Source: a virus
Virus record (IMG/VR): IMGVR_UViG_3300023174_000101
Location: 34,361 to 98,360 of that record
Strand: one strand, 5' to 3'
Length of the DNA stretch: 64,000 bases
The translations under genes were made by a program, and so were the position numbers. Shown here piece by piece: positions 50,812 through 60,436 of the stretch (its first letter is position 1; every line of letters begins with the position of its first letter). The notes beneath the pieces are model-generated. The model ran no database searches, was not told where the DNA came from, and was given only the letters and a program-made list of their open reading frames with translations.

Positions 50812-51387
50812 CTACTTCTTCAAGGACCAGCGGTAGATCGTCACACCCTTGCGATTCTTACCTGCAGGCTCCCTATCAATGAGACCGGAACGCTCGAGCA
50901 CCGTGATTCCACGGTTCACACAGATGGTATCGACGTTGAGCGCATCTGCGATCTCCACGGTCGTTGCAGGACCGGTCTCAAGGATGCCCTGCACCATGCG
51001 TCCCCAGCCTGGGCGAGGGCTTCCATTCTTGACTTCGAATCCAAGCTCCTTCAACTCGGCGCGGATTTCATCGACCGAAGTCCCGAACTTGCGGGCCAGG
51101 CCCAACTCCGTGATAGCCGAATTCTTCTTGAGCATCTTGAGGATACGCTCGCCAAGAACCGTCCTCGAGGTCGTACGGTTCGCAGTCTCGGTGGGAAGCA
51201 CCGCGCTGTTGTTGATGCTCGCAGGCGGCGACGCATTTGCCTCCTGTGCAGGAGCGACAACTTCCACCTGCTGCACCACGCTCTGCATGGCGGCTGCGAT
51301 CTCCGACGCACGGCCCAATTCCTCAACAGGAACGCCGTTGGGGTAAATGACGCGGAGAACGGACTGAATCTTATCGTTAGTGCTCAT
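50812..51387 (-). CDS. winged-helix DNA-binding protein (two HTH)
   Basis: ITELGLARKFGTS...; ATTVEIADALNV...ITVLERSGLIDRE. Confidence 0.7.
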   Translation of the reverse strand: MSTNDKIQSVLRVIYPNGVPVEELGRASEIAAAMQSVVQQVEVVAPAQEANASPPASINNSAVLPTETANRTTSRTVLGERILKMLKKNSAITELGLARKFGTSVDEIRAELKELGFEVKNGSPRPGWGRMVQGILETGPATTVEIADALNVDTICVNRGITVLERSGLIDREPAGKNRKGVTIYRWSLKK

Positions 51388-51623
51388 ATTAGTGTATTCC
51401 TCCTTGGTGGTAAAACGGACTTCTTCTACTACTTCTTAACCTTCGCCTTGTACGTTTCGATAATCTTGTTGCCTTCTTGGACTGTATTGACGGCCACCAT
51501 CATTCCGCCACCAACAACGTACAGGCCGTCGCTTCGGCGCTCAATATGCATTGGACCACTGGTGTTAAACTCCATGCCATCACTGAAACGCAGCATTTCA
51601 CGTCCCTCCTTCTCTTTAGTGTG

Positions 51624-52010
51624 TTAAGCTCCCATCCTGCGCTCAGCTTCCTGCTCCATGCGGTAGTATTGCTCGTCATCCAAGTGCTTCTCGTACAGCC
51701 CCATCAAGTCACGTCCATCTTCGGTCTTGCCCCAGTCTGCCTTCCAATCCGGAGCCATGACAATCTTGTTGCCGTCGCACTCATCACACCGAACATCGAA
51801 CGCGCCAGACATGTACATCTCGCGCTCCTCGTAGTCCCAGTCCCGCTCCCATTCCTCGCCGGAGATTCCGTTGGAGAAAGCGGGGTTGTCATGCACGCCC
51901 TCACCGTCGCAGCGACTGCAGATCTCCTTCACGGAAGGAATCTCAACCGTCACTTCCTCTCCGTTCTCCAGCGTGTAAGTGAACTGAATCGGCTTAAGCT
52001 TGCTCTTCAT
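51624..52010 (-). CDS. DnaJ-type CxxCxGxG Zn-finger phage protein
   Basis: CSRCDGEG, CDECDGNK; GGAGG RBS. Confidence 0.65.
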   Translation of the reverse strand: MKSKLKPIQFTYTLENGEEVTVEIPSVKEICSRCDGEGVHDNPAFSNGISGEEWERDWDYEEREMYMSGAFDVRCDECDGNKIVMAPDWKADWGKTEDGRDLMGLYEKHLDDEQYYRMEQEAERRMGA

Positions 52011-52053
52011 GGTGCTACCTCCCTGTAAAAGCTGTGCGGCATGCACAGCCAAG

Positions 52054-52101
52054 CGGTGCGTCCGGATTCGAACCGGACGTACAGACCTCCTCAGTCGCAC
52101 C
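52054..52101 (-). ncRNA. mini tRNA-like element
   Basis: GGTGCG...TCCGG-TTCGAAT-CCGGA-CGCACC. Confidence 0.7.
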
Positions 52102-52110
52102 TTGCTTCAA

Positions 52111-53253
52111 TTACTGGGTCTCACACGGGATGAACGTCGAGCCAGGCGGCGGCTTCGTGTGCGGGTCCCGTGTAAAGCCTCCTACAATCAGATGCCTGAC
52201 TGAACTTGGCACCTGAGGCCAGCCATCACCAAAGAACTCGCAGTCGGTGAAGTGAACCATCGAGTCGAACTTCCCCTGTTCCCCGATATCAAGGTAAGCG
52301 GGTAGTGGGTCGGTTCCACCACTGAACTGCGTGGCGTCTTCCACCTTGCCAGTCGTGCGGTCAGTAACCCAAGACTTGTAGACTACCTCGGAAGTGTGTG
52401 CGTTGAGATAGCACTTCGTTCCGGGGTACGTCTTGAGCAGGGCCTTCACTTCCGATACGATCTTCTCGACCCATTCCTTCGACATGGAGCCTGAGACGTC
52501 AATCGAAATCGCCACCTTCGGTTCGTGGCCGACCCAGCCGGGGAACTGTGGACCCTCGGCAGGCGACCTCCTAGACTTGCGGGCAAACGTCTGGGAGTCT
52601 CGACCGGGACGTGCTGCAGCCTGCTGGAATCCAGAGCGCAGCACCTTCTTCCAGTCAATCTTAGGAGCGCGTGGGGCAAGCAGCCCTGCGAACCCCGCAG
52701 TTCCCTTCCCCGCCTGCTGCGACATTGCACGCGCTTCAATCGCGGTCTGCCGCCAATCTACGTCCGTGCCGTCGTCCAGCGTGCCGCATCCACCACCTGG
52801 GAGCGGAATCCCCTGTGGCTTCTCTGGTACTTGGTCCGGATTCTTCATCAGCCAATCGTACAGATTCTCTGAGAATAGATCCCCCTTGTAATCCGGAGGA
52901 GGGAATAGACCTCCAGGCGGGAGCGAGATTCCGTCTGTGCGGAGAGCGTTGTTAATGCACATGTCATTCGCAACGTTCCACACCCACTGGTCTCTCCCCT
53001 GCTGTCGGTCGTGGTGGCTGAGGATAAGGTGCAGCATCTCGTGGGCTAACACCCCCTTGAGATGCTCCTTGTCCATGTTCATCACGAAATCCGAATTGAC
53101 GTGGATTCTGCCAGACTTCGCAATCGCCATTGTCGGCTGTGCGTTGTCTTCCACGTACAAATTCGAGATTTTAGCGTGAATCAGGATGAAGTGAGGATAC
53201 TGGAATCCAAGTACCATCACCGCGTTCTTGCATTTCTCAATCGCTTTGCTCAT
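52111..53253 (-). CDS. DUF2201-like metallopeptidase-VWA protein
   Basis: HEMLH, WNVAND, DVSGSM (MIDAS), GGT, FTD. Confidence 0.88.
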   Translation of the reverse strand: MSKAIEKCKNAVMVLGFQYPHFILIHAKISNLYVEDNAQPTMAIAKSGRIHVNSDFVMNMDKEHLKGVLAHEMLHLILSHHDRQQGRDQWVWNVANDMCINNALRTDGISLPPGGLFPPPDYKGDLFSENLYDWLMKNPDQVPEKPQGIPLPGGGCGTLDDGTDVDWRQTAIEARAMSQQAGKGTAGFAGLLAPRAPKIDWKKVLRSGFQQAAARPGRDSQTFARKSRRSPAEGPQFPGWVGHEPKVAISIDVSGSMSKEWVEKIVSEVKALLKTYPGTKCYLNAHTSEVVYKSWVTDRTTGKVEDATQFSGGTDPLPAYLDIGEQGKFDSMVHFTDCEFFGDGWPQVPSSVRHLIVGGFTRDPHTKPPPGSTFIPCETQ

Positions 53254-53794
53254 TCGGCCTCCCTGTTGTTTGTATCCTTACTACTTGATTGCGCTTCTTG
53301 AACTGACAATTCATACAAAGCACCTGCAGGGGAGGGTCGTTAGGATATCCGTTCTTTCTAAGCCATGCATAAAACTGCAAGCCAGCTGATATGCCCAACT
53401 TCCTCCTGTGAGCAGCACCATCATCGTTTACATGGTCGAGCGACAAGCACCTTAAATCTGCCTCGCCGCATGAATTACATCTTGCACCACCATATTGCTC
53501 GAGTACATGCGTCTTTGACCTAATTCTGATGTCTATGTCGCGTCTGCAAAGCTTATCAGCGCATGCGGTACACCTGACAATTCCATCCTCGCGCTTCGCC
53601 TTGCAGCAATCAACGCACAAGTCGTTGGCCTTTGCCTTCTCCATCAAGGCGGCTTTCCTCTTGTCAACCTTAATCGAACAGTCGACGCAGGTAAATGTGC
53701 CTTCGCGTGGCTCACGAACTCCACACTTAACACATTTACCTGCGTCCTTGCGCCTGTAATACCTATCCTTGAACCACTTGTTTTTGTCGAACAT
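53237..53794 (-). CDS. HNH endonuclease with Zn-finger repeats
   Basis: CNSCG...LSLDHVNDDG...LQVLCMNC. Confidence 0.75.
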   Translation of the reverse strand: MFDKNKWFKDRYYRRKDAGKCVKCGVREPREGTFTCVDCSIKVDKRKAALMEKAKANDLCVDCCKAKREDGIVRCTACADKLCRRDIDIRIRSKTHVLEQYGGARCNSCGEADLRCLSLDHVNDDGAAHRRKLGISAGLQFYAWLRKNGYPNDPPLQVLCMNCQFKKRNQVVRIQTTGRPNEQSD

Positions 53795-53832
53795 GCCACG
53801 ACTATAGAAGTCGGGGATGCGACGTGAACGGG

Positions 53833-55011
53833 TCAGCTCCTCATCGCATTCCCAATTCCACGCAGAAGCTCGGTCTGCGCCTTATCGGCCTCCGCGTACC
53901 ACTTGCTCGACTTGTGCTTCTTGATCCCGAAGTCGGGGCGACCAAGCACGTTCAGTGCGGCGACCCGAATCTCACGGTCCTGAATGCGGTTGCTGTAGAC
54001 CCAGGCGGGGCAGGGGTCCTCAGCTGCTACCTGGCCGATGATTCCAAGCACCGCGATGCCGACGTTGATGTTCGCAGGGATCTTGGCCGTGTCGGGGGAG
54101 GCGATAATCTCTCGAACTCCCGGCAGCTGGTGTCGAATCTTGCGAATCGCCATGTAAGCTGCGGCGGGCTGGTCTCCCACGTTGCCTGCCAGACCCGCCA
54201 TGAACACGGGACTGGTGTCAGGCTCGCCAGAGAGGAGAGCCTCGGCAACGAATTCCACCGCACGCTGCCACGAGCGTGGCGCACCCCACGGCTTGCCCTC
54301 TGCCTGGGTGCCAGGCGGCGGCTCAAGCTGCAGCAGGTCGGGCGAGGACTCGAGCGTGGCTGCAAAGTCAATCGCAACCCGACGCTTCATCGCATCAGCC
54401 TGCATCTCGCGGTGGGCCTTCACGACCTCCGGATTCTGCTTATCCTCGTCGCTCAACTCGGGGACTTCACTCGGGTCGATGCCGAACCGATAGAAGTAAT
54501 CCTGAATCTCTGCTCGGGTGGGCATCATCTCAATGTGGGTCATGCGGCCAATCAGGGGAAGTGCCAATTCCCACCCACCCGCAGCTTGGTGACTGGGGTT
54601 GGATGCTGCTACGATGCGACTGCCGGGGTGGAGCTTCCTATCACCAGCCCGACGAGCGTAGATGAGCTGCATGCTCGCACCCTGCACCGCAGGAGGCGTG
54701 CAGGACAATTCATCCAGGAAGAGGAGCACGGGCTCGTTGCATGCCCGCTTGATGGCACCAAGCGGCAGGCGGTCGAGTCCTCCGTTCGACACGACAGGGA
54801 AACCGCCGATATCGGTCGGGTCACACTGCGAGAGGAGCAGAGTCTCAACCGGCATGCCGGTCTCCTCTCCGATTCCCTCAATGATGGCCGACTTGCCAAC
54901 TCCCGGAGGACCGACCAGGTGAATGGGCGTGTTCGACCGAAGTGAGTAGGACAGCGCCTTCTTGCAGTCCGTGAGAGAAAGGCGATTGATGGACAAAGAC
55001 GGATTGGACAT
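53833..55011 (-). CDS. MoxR-like AAA+ ATPase
   Basis: GPPGVGKS, LFLDEL, AASNP, RM, PRSW. Confidence 0.9.
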   Translation of the reverse strand: MSNPSLSINRLSLTDCKKALSYSLRSNTPIHLVGPPGVGKSAIIEGIGEETGMPVETLLLSQCDPTDIGGFPVVSNGGLDRLPLGAIKRACNEPVLLFLDELSCTPPAVQGASMQLIYARRAGDRKLHPGSRIVAASNPSHQAAGGWELALPLIGRMTHIEMMPTRAEIQDYFYRFGIDPSEVPELSDEDKQNPEVVKAHREMQADAMKRRVAIDFAATLESSPDLLQLEPPPGTQAEGKPWGAPRSWQRAVEFVAEALLSGEPDTSPVFMAGLAGNVGDQPAAAYMAIRKIRHQLPGVREIIASPDTAKIPANINVGIAVLGIIGQVAAEDPCPAWVYSNRIQDREIRVAALNVLGRPDFGIKKHKSSKWYAEADKAQTELLRGIGNAMRS

Positions 55012-55077
55012 AAATTCCTTGGTTTAGTGTGAGACTGCGGGGTTGGGGGTTTGACTGCGGGGACTGCCGCCAGAAAA

Positions 55078-55142
55078 AGCAAGGGCCGTGCCAGCTCTAC
55101 TACACTCTCCCACCGTCTTCGGCGGGTGCACGGCCCGTGCCA
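55078..55142 (-). promoter_or_regulatory. tandem sigma54 promoters (55078-55093, 55127-55142)
   Basis: TGGCACG-GCCC-TTGCT and TGGCACG-GGCC-GTGCA. Confidence 0.78.
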
Positions 55143-55150
55143 GTCCAGGC

Positions 55151-56122
55151 TTACTCTTCACTGTTACCATCATACTCATCGTTCGGCAACTGCATCTGCT
55201 CTGCATCTGCGGGTCGCATCTTGTCGAGGTACTCGTCAAGGCTCATGCCCGCGAATCCTCCACCATCATTGTACTTCTTGATGGCTGCTGCAACCCAGTC
55301 TGGAGCCCAATACTCAATGGACTTCGGGCGGGCAACAACACCAACATCTGCTTTCAGAACCCTTCCAATTCCGCGAATATGCGTGATGTTGACGTAGCCT
55401 GCTTCCCGCACGTCCTTAGATGTGGATTCTGCCTGGCACGTGCGGCTCGATTTGTGGCGTGAGAGGCTGTGGTGCGGAATCCACCTTCCACACTTCTCAC
55501 ACATTGCATTCGACACGATACGCTCGAACTTGATCGCTCCATACGGTAGACTCTGCTCTCTCACGAACGTGGCGATGTATTCACTAATCTTGCCCGTTGT
55601 CTTGAGTGTCGACAGCGCGACCTCATTTATCTCGAGCGCTTGCGTGTACATGTCCGCGAGCGAGTAAAAGTACTCAATCGGAGAGCCAGGCGGATTGAAC
55701 GGTCGGCCCATGAACTTAGCGCCACCTTGATACATACTTGCCGCGCTCATGTCGAACATTAGCGCCTTGGATTTATGTGTCCTATACTCTGCATAAGCTA
55801 CGAACTGTACTGGCAGATGCTTCTTCAAGATTATGTGGATTGGCACTACTGCATACTTAATCCACGACCTTCGTCCAACCTCACCAAGTGGGAGCGACAA
55901 CTCAACGTTCTCATTGGAGAGGATTTGGCCGTAGCCTCCCCAATTGGATGCGTGAAGGAAATGGGTGTCAAACTCCGGTGTGTCACTGCCAAACGACTCC
56001 AAAGCGGAGACTGCCTCACCTGCTAGGCGTTCAATGTCTGTGGTATGATTCTCGATGAAACGCGCAACCTCGTCACGGTCGAACGTCTCATATCTGTCGT
56101 ACTCGTACTTGATTTTGCTCAT
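55151..56122 (-). CDS. GGF-x6-EYL family, member 7 (with C2HC finger)
   Basis: CEKC...H...C then APDWVAAAIKKYNDGGGFAGMSLDEYLDKM. Confidence 0.8.
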   Translation of the reverse strand: MSKIKYEYDRYETFDRDEVARFIENHTTDIERLAGEAVSALESFGSDTPEFDTHFLHASNWGGYGQILSNENVELSLPLGEVGRRSWIKYAVVPIHIILKKHLPVQFVAYAEYRTHKSKALMFDMSAASMYQGGAKFMGRPFNPPGSPIEYFYSLADMYTQALEINEVALSTLKTTGKISEYIATFVREQSLPYGAIKFERIVSNAMCEKCGRWIPHHSLSRHKSSRTCQAESTSKDVREAGYVNITHIRGIGRVLKADVGVVARPKSIEYWAPDWVAAAIKKYNDGGGFAGMSLDEYLDKMRPADAEQMQLPNDEYDGNSEE

Positions 56123-56484
56123 GCTACCTCCCTGTTAGTACTTGTCGTATGGGTCCCACAGCCTATCACAAACGTCGTAATCCGGAGGGTCCTCGGCAGA
56201 GGTGTCATAATCGTCATCCCTGCTGCTTGCCGATTCATTGATTGCTTCGAGAACCTCGGCCTCAATCCAATTCATCTCTTTCTCGGTGATGTCCTTTAGA
56301 GCGGAGATGGTACGATCACCGTCCTCGTCCAGGTACCAAACCCCGGTGATTTCGAACTCGGGTCCCTCGCCGGGGTCGTCATCCTCCGGATACTTGCCAC
56401 GGCGGGCAGGATAACCGTAACTGTGAACCTTGTAATCAACGTCAACTTCAACTTCCGCATCACCGCGAACAATCATCGTCTTCA

Positions 56485-56988
56485 TCACTTACCTCCCTTG
56501 TATGCGCCGCTTGAGCGCACGCGATTGTACTTCTGAGCGTACCAATCCAGGTCCACCAGCCTTGCAACCTCAACCAGAGTGGAGTCGAACGTGGCTTGAA
56601 CCGCCACGGCCCGTGCCTTCACTCTTTCCACAAAGCTCTTCTTGGCGTGCTCTGCATAATCGGAGTCATCATATGCAAGCAGAGCATCGAGCGTGACTTC
56701 GATGTCTCGCACACGAGAAACAGACAAGAGCCGCACGAAATTCCCGAACTGGCGAGTGACCGAGCCACGTTCGCTCTCTATACGAGCGACCGACTTCTCC
56801 TCAACGCCCAATAGCCTTGCCCATTCATACTGGGAGAATCCCAGTCCAAGGCGAAGTGTGCGAGATAGAGCCTTCATGTCTCGTGCCGTGAACGCAGGCT
56901 CGATGGCCTTGTCTCCGATTCTTTTCGCCCGAACCAAAACTGCTGGCTCGTCAATGACTAACTTCTTAGCCACAGGCTTCTCATTCAT
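56485..56988 (-). CDS. XRE-family HTH regulator
   Basis: LRLGLGFSQYEWARLLGVEEKSVARIE. Confidence 0.75.
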   Translation of the reverse strand: MNEKPVAKKLVIDEPAVLVRAKRIGDKAIEPAFTARDMKALSRTLRLGLGFSQYEWARLLGVEEKSVARIESERGSVTRQFGNFVRLLSVSRVRDIEVTLDALLAYDDSDYAEHAKKSFVERVKARAVAVQATFDSTLVEVARLVDLDWYAQKYNRVRSSGAYKGGK

Positions 56989-57059
56989 TGCTACCTCTTT
57001 GGGTTGGGGGTTGAGGGGTCCGGTGTGGGGGCCTTGCCCGCGCCACACACAGAAAAGGG

Positions 57060-57075
57060 TGCAAGCGGCGTGCCA
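57060..57075 (-). promoter_or_regulatory. sigma54 -24/-12 promoter
   Basis: TGGCACG-CCGC-TTGCA. Confidence 0.8.
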
Positions 57076-58703
57076 CTTAGGGCTCCGCTTGCGGGGGACA
57101 ACGTTTGATTCTACTTCAACAGGCCGTTCGCCCTGAGCAGGGTTTCATACTGCTCGAGCAGCTTCTTCTTGTCCTTGACCGGTGCAATGCCTGCGTTCAT
57201 CAGCACGCCCTTAATCATCGGCACCACTGACCCGTGCTTTGAGTGCTTCATTCCGGTAAATGCCTCAAGCTTCAAGGCGGTGCGCATCACCAACAAATTC
57301 CACGCCGGAATCTGCTCAGCAGAGATTTCAATCATTTTGTCTTGCATAGTCAAGTCCTCAAGATACCACGGATAAGAGTAACTGCCGCACCAAGGAACGG
57401 AACCGCCATCATCACCGCAACCACTTCATCCATACAGAAATGCATGTCGCTACTCCATCACTTTCTTGGCTGTGGGAGCCACAGCCTTGACCAAAAGCTT
57501 CTTCTCGCATTCGACTCTGTGTCTGTTGCCCGCAGCGTACGCTTCATTCCATGTACCAAACTTCGCCCACTTTCCACTTGTTGGCTCATCCGGGACGACC
57601 CAGAATCCTCCATCTGATTGCATGATGCAATACCAATATGAGACGTCATCTATCATAGTTCCTCCTCAAGGCATTTCAACTACGATCATCACCTTGCCAA
57701 GCTGGATTTCGATGTATTCATCCTCGTCCAGCTTCGCCTCTTCCTCGTCAGTCAGTTCAACGTTGTACAGGCCGTCAAGCTCAGACACAACCTCATACTC
57801 CCTGTGCTGTGCAACGTTCACATCCATGTCTGCAACGACAGCAGGCACACCACCGACAAAACACTGTGCGTAGTACATTGCGTACCTCCCTGTCTGCTGC
57901 GTTTAGAAAATCGTGGACTGAATCTCCCGGCGCTGCTCATCCAGGAGTCCCGCAATCTCTGCCATAACACCGATTGCTTGCTTCTCGTCCTTAGCGCCTT
58001 CACGCTCTAGAATCTTGGCGATCTCATCATCCTGCATTGCCTCCACCACGAAGTCCCATCCGCCCTCTTCGTAATGAGCAAGAGCGTGTGCCTTGACCTT
58101 CTCTACAAGCTCATTCATTGTTGCTCTCCTTTCCTCTTTGTGGGGAATGGCGACCAGTATTCCGGGTCGTTTTCGTCCATCTGCAGTACAAGCGTCTCAA
58201 CCGGCAAGCCCTTCTCCTTGGCGATCTGCAGAATCCGCTCCGAACGGAGATAGCTCGTCGGAACGAAGTGCTCGCACTTGCCCTCTTTGTCTGGGGCAAA
58301 GCTTGCGTACGACTGACGTTGAGACGGCGTGGCCTGGAATCTGTAGCAGTAGGTGCTGGCCTTGCACCCACTGTTCCTGCACATCGAAATGTCTGGCATG
58401 TCTACTTCTTCCTTTCTGCCTCCAAAGCCTGGAGGTCTGGGTGAAGGGGCACCGGCTCGTGAGACAAGCTAGTGACCCGATGAAGCGAGTACTCCAAAAT
58501 TCCCTGCCAAAGGACCTTGGCAATTGAGCCCAGTGGCGAGTCCTCAACCGAGACTACAACACCTGGCCCCTTAAACAGGGGATGGAAAACTATTGAGCCT
58601 GCTTGCATGACTACCTCCCTGTGGCGGGCACGAACCGGGATTGGCTCATGCACACTATACGAAGGGGGAGGATACGACGCCTCCTCCCCTGGGCGTTACT
58701 GCA

Positions 58704-59171
58704 CTACAGGCGGTTCGGCTTCAGCAGGTTGTACTCAACTTCGGGGATGCAGGCCTTGACCTCAGCTTCAGTCAAGGCTCCGTTTGCAACGAGAATCTTG
58801 AGCGCTGCCTCGTTGACGCTGTACGAAATCTTCGGCGTCATGTACACGTTCAACTCCAGACCCTTCGACTCAAGTAGGGCCTGAACCAACTTGGCATCGG
58901 GCCCGAGCTTGCGGGGTCGAGCCAGGACTTCGAACTCGCCCACGTTCAGCTTCAGCGAGTTGCCGTCCTGTTCGCCGTCATTCTTGACCAACTCCATCAC
59001 CCGCTCACGGGCGACCTTCACCACCTCTCCGATTCCGCCCTCGACGACTTTCAGATTGTCGAATACTTCAACCAGCTCCTCGTTGGTCAAGCGCGGGTCC
59101 TGCAGGGTGCGGCTAGCAGAGGAAAGGTAGTCAGCTCCACTGTGAATCATTCCGATCAAACTCATTTTCAC
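58704..59171 (-). CDS. hypothetical phage protein
   Basis: AAGGAG RBS with GTG start. Confidence 0.65.
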   Translation of the reverse strand: MKMSLIGMIHSGADYLSSASRTLQDPRLTNEELVEVFDNLKVVEGGIGEVVKVARERVMELVKNDGEQDGNSLKLNVGEFEVLARPRKLGPDAKLVQALLESKGLELNVYMTPKISYSVNEAALKILVANGALTEAEVKACIPEVEYNLLKPNRL

Positions 59172-59191
59172 TCCTTGGTGTTGGGGTTGTA

Positions 59192-59518
59192 CTACTTCGC
59201 TGCGAAAATCATGATGTTGCTTTCATCTACCACAATCTGCTCGCCGCAGATGTTTACCTTGCTCTCGCCCTCGCCAGGCGTGAGAACCAAGCGCACGGGC
59301 AGCGTGTATGTCTCTCCACGGTGCACCACGGTCAGCTTCTCCGGGTCTGACGACCCAGAGTAAAAGTCCTCAATCGGCACTTCCATGTCGATGGAGGAGA
59401 TGTCACCTTGGGAGAAAGACCAGCCAGTGTCGGTCTCCTCGTAGGAGAATTCCTTCACCCGCTTGCCGTCCACCCACAACTTCATACCACGGCCAACGAT
59501 GATTTCAATTAGATTCAT
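59192..59518 (-). CDS. hypothetical protein, paralogue of 62875..63228
   Basis: IVGR...VDG...GW.F...F..G..P..L. Confidence 0.7.
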   Translation of the reverse strand: MNLIEIIVGRGMKLWVDGKRVKEFSYEETDTGWSFSQGDISSIDMEVPIEDFYSGSSDPEKLTVVHRGETYTLPVRLVLTPGEGESKVNICGEQIVVDESNIMIFAAK

Positions 59519-59694
59519 GACTACCTCCCTGAGAGGGTGCCCGACATGAGTGCCGGGGAGACGCCTCCCCAATCAACACAAGTGCTTGAACTTGGATGCG
59601 GATTGGGGAGACGTACAGCGGCCTAACCCGCTGTACACTCCCTACTACAGGAGGGGTGGTGGCCGAACCCACCACCCCTCCTCACCACACTGCA

Positions 59695-60288
59695 TCAGCC
59701 CTCGGCCTCAACCTCGGTCTTGGCCGAGACCTCGATGCCCTTCTCCGCCGCCACCTGGCGGATCTTGGCGAGGCGGGCCTTCAGCGCATCGGCTGCCTTG
59801 GCCTTGCGCTGCTCCTCGGCTGCGGCCTTCTGCGCCTCCTGCTGAGCCTTGCGGGCCTCAGCGGCCTGCGCCTTCTCCGCCTCCTTCTTGGCCTTCTCGG
59901 CCTCGCGCACCTTCAGCAGGACCTCGTTCGCCTCCTGCTTCATGGCGCGGACCTCGTCGCTGTCCGTGTCGAGGATCTTCATCAGACCCTGGACGGAGGA
60001 GCCGCCACCGGAGGAGGACTTGCTGCCTCCGCCAGACCCGCCCTTCTTCTTGGCGTGCGTGCGGCACTTGCCGCACTGGTGCCAATCCGAGACCTCACGG
60101 ACGTGGAGCTCGGTGCACCCAGGCTCGGTGCACGTCAGCTCCGCCTGGGGCTTGCCCCGGACGGAGGGCTCAGCGAGGACGACACCCAACGCGCCGGTCG
60201 GGGTGGTGAACTTCACGCCCGCCGCCTCGGTGAGGGACTTCTTCGCTGCGGCCTTGGCGTCGTTCATCTCAACGGTGTTGGTGTTCAT
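59695..60288 (-). CDS. Ala/Lys-rich Zn-ribbon protein, paralogue of 38215..38709
   Basis: ELTCTEPGCTELHVREVSDWHQCGKCRTH; strong GC3 codon bias. Confidence 0.8.
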   Translation of the reverse strand: MNTNTVEMNDAKAAAKKSLTEAAGVKFTTPTGALGVVLAEPSVRGKPQAELTCTEPGCTELHVREVSDWHQCGKCRTHAKKKGGSGGGSKSSSGGGSSVQGLMKILDTDSDEVRAMKQEANEVLLKVREAEKAKKEAEKAQAAEARKAQQEAQKAAAEEQRKAKAADALKARLAKIRQVAAEKGIEVSAKTEVEAEG

Positions 60289-60436
60289 ATTGCTGTACTT
60301 CTCCTGCTAACCGGACGAAATTGTCCGGTTTCTCCCTGCCTCTTTGGGTCAGGGAAATCTTCGGCAGCACCGCTACTGCCTATTGAGGGCCAAGGACTCG
60401 AACCTTGCCGCGCGCCGCCTGACAAATTCTCTTTTC

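Noticed and set aside
53833-55011. AAA+ ATPase as the phage's sigma54 enhancer-binding protein
   Set aside because: No GAFTGA loop or HTH; the motifs and VWA partner indicate the MoxR family.
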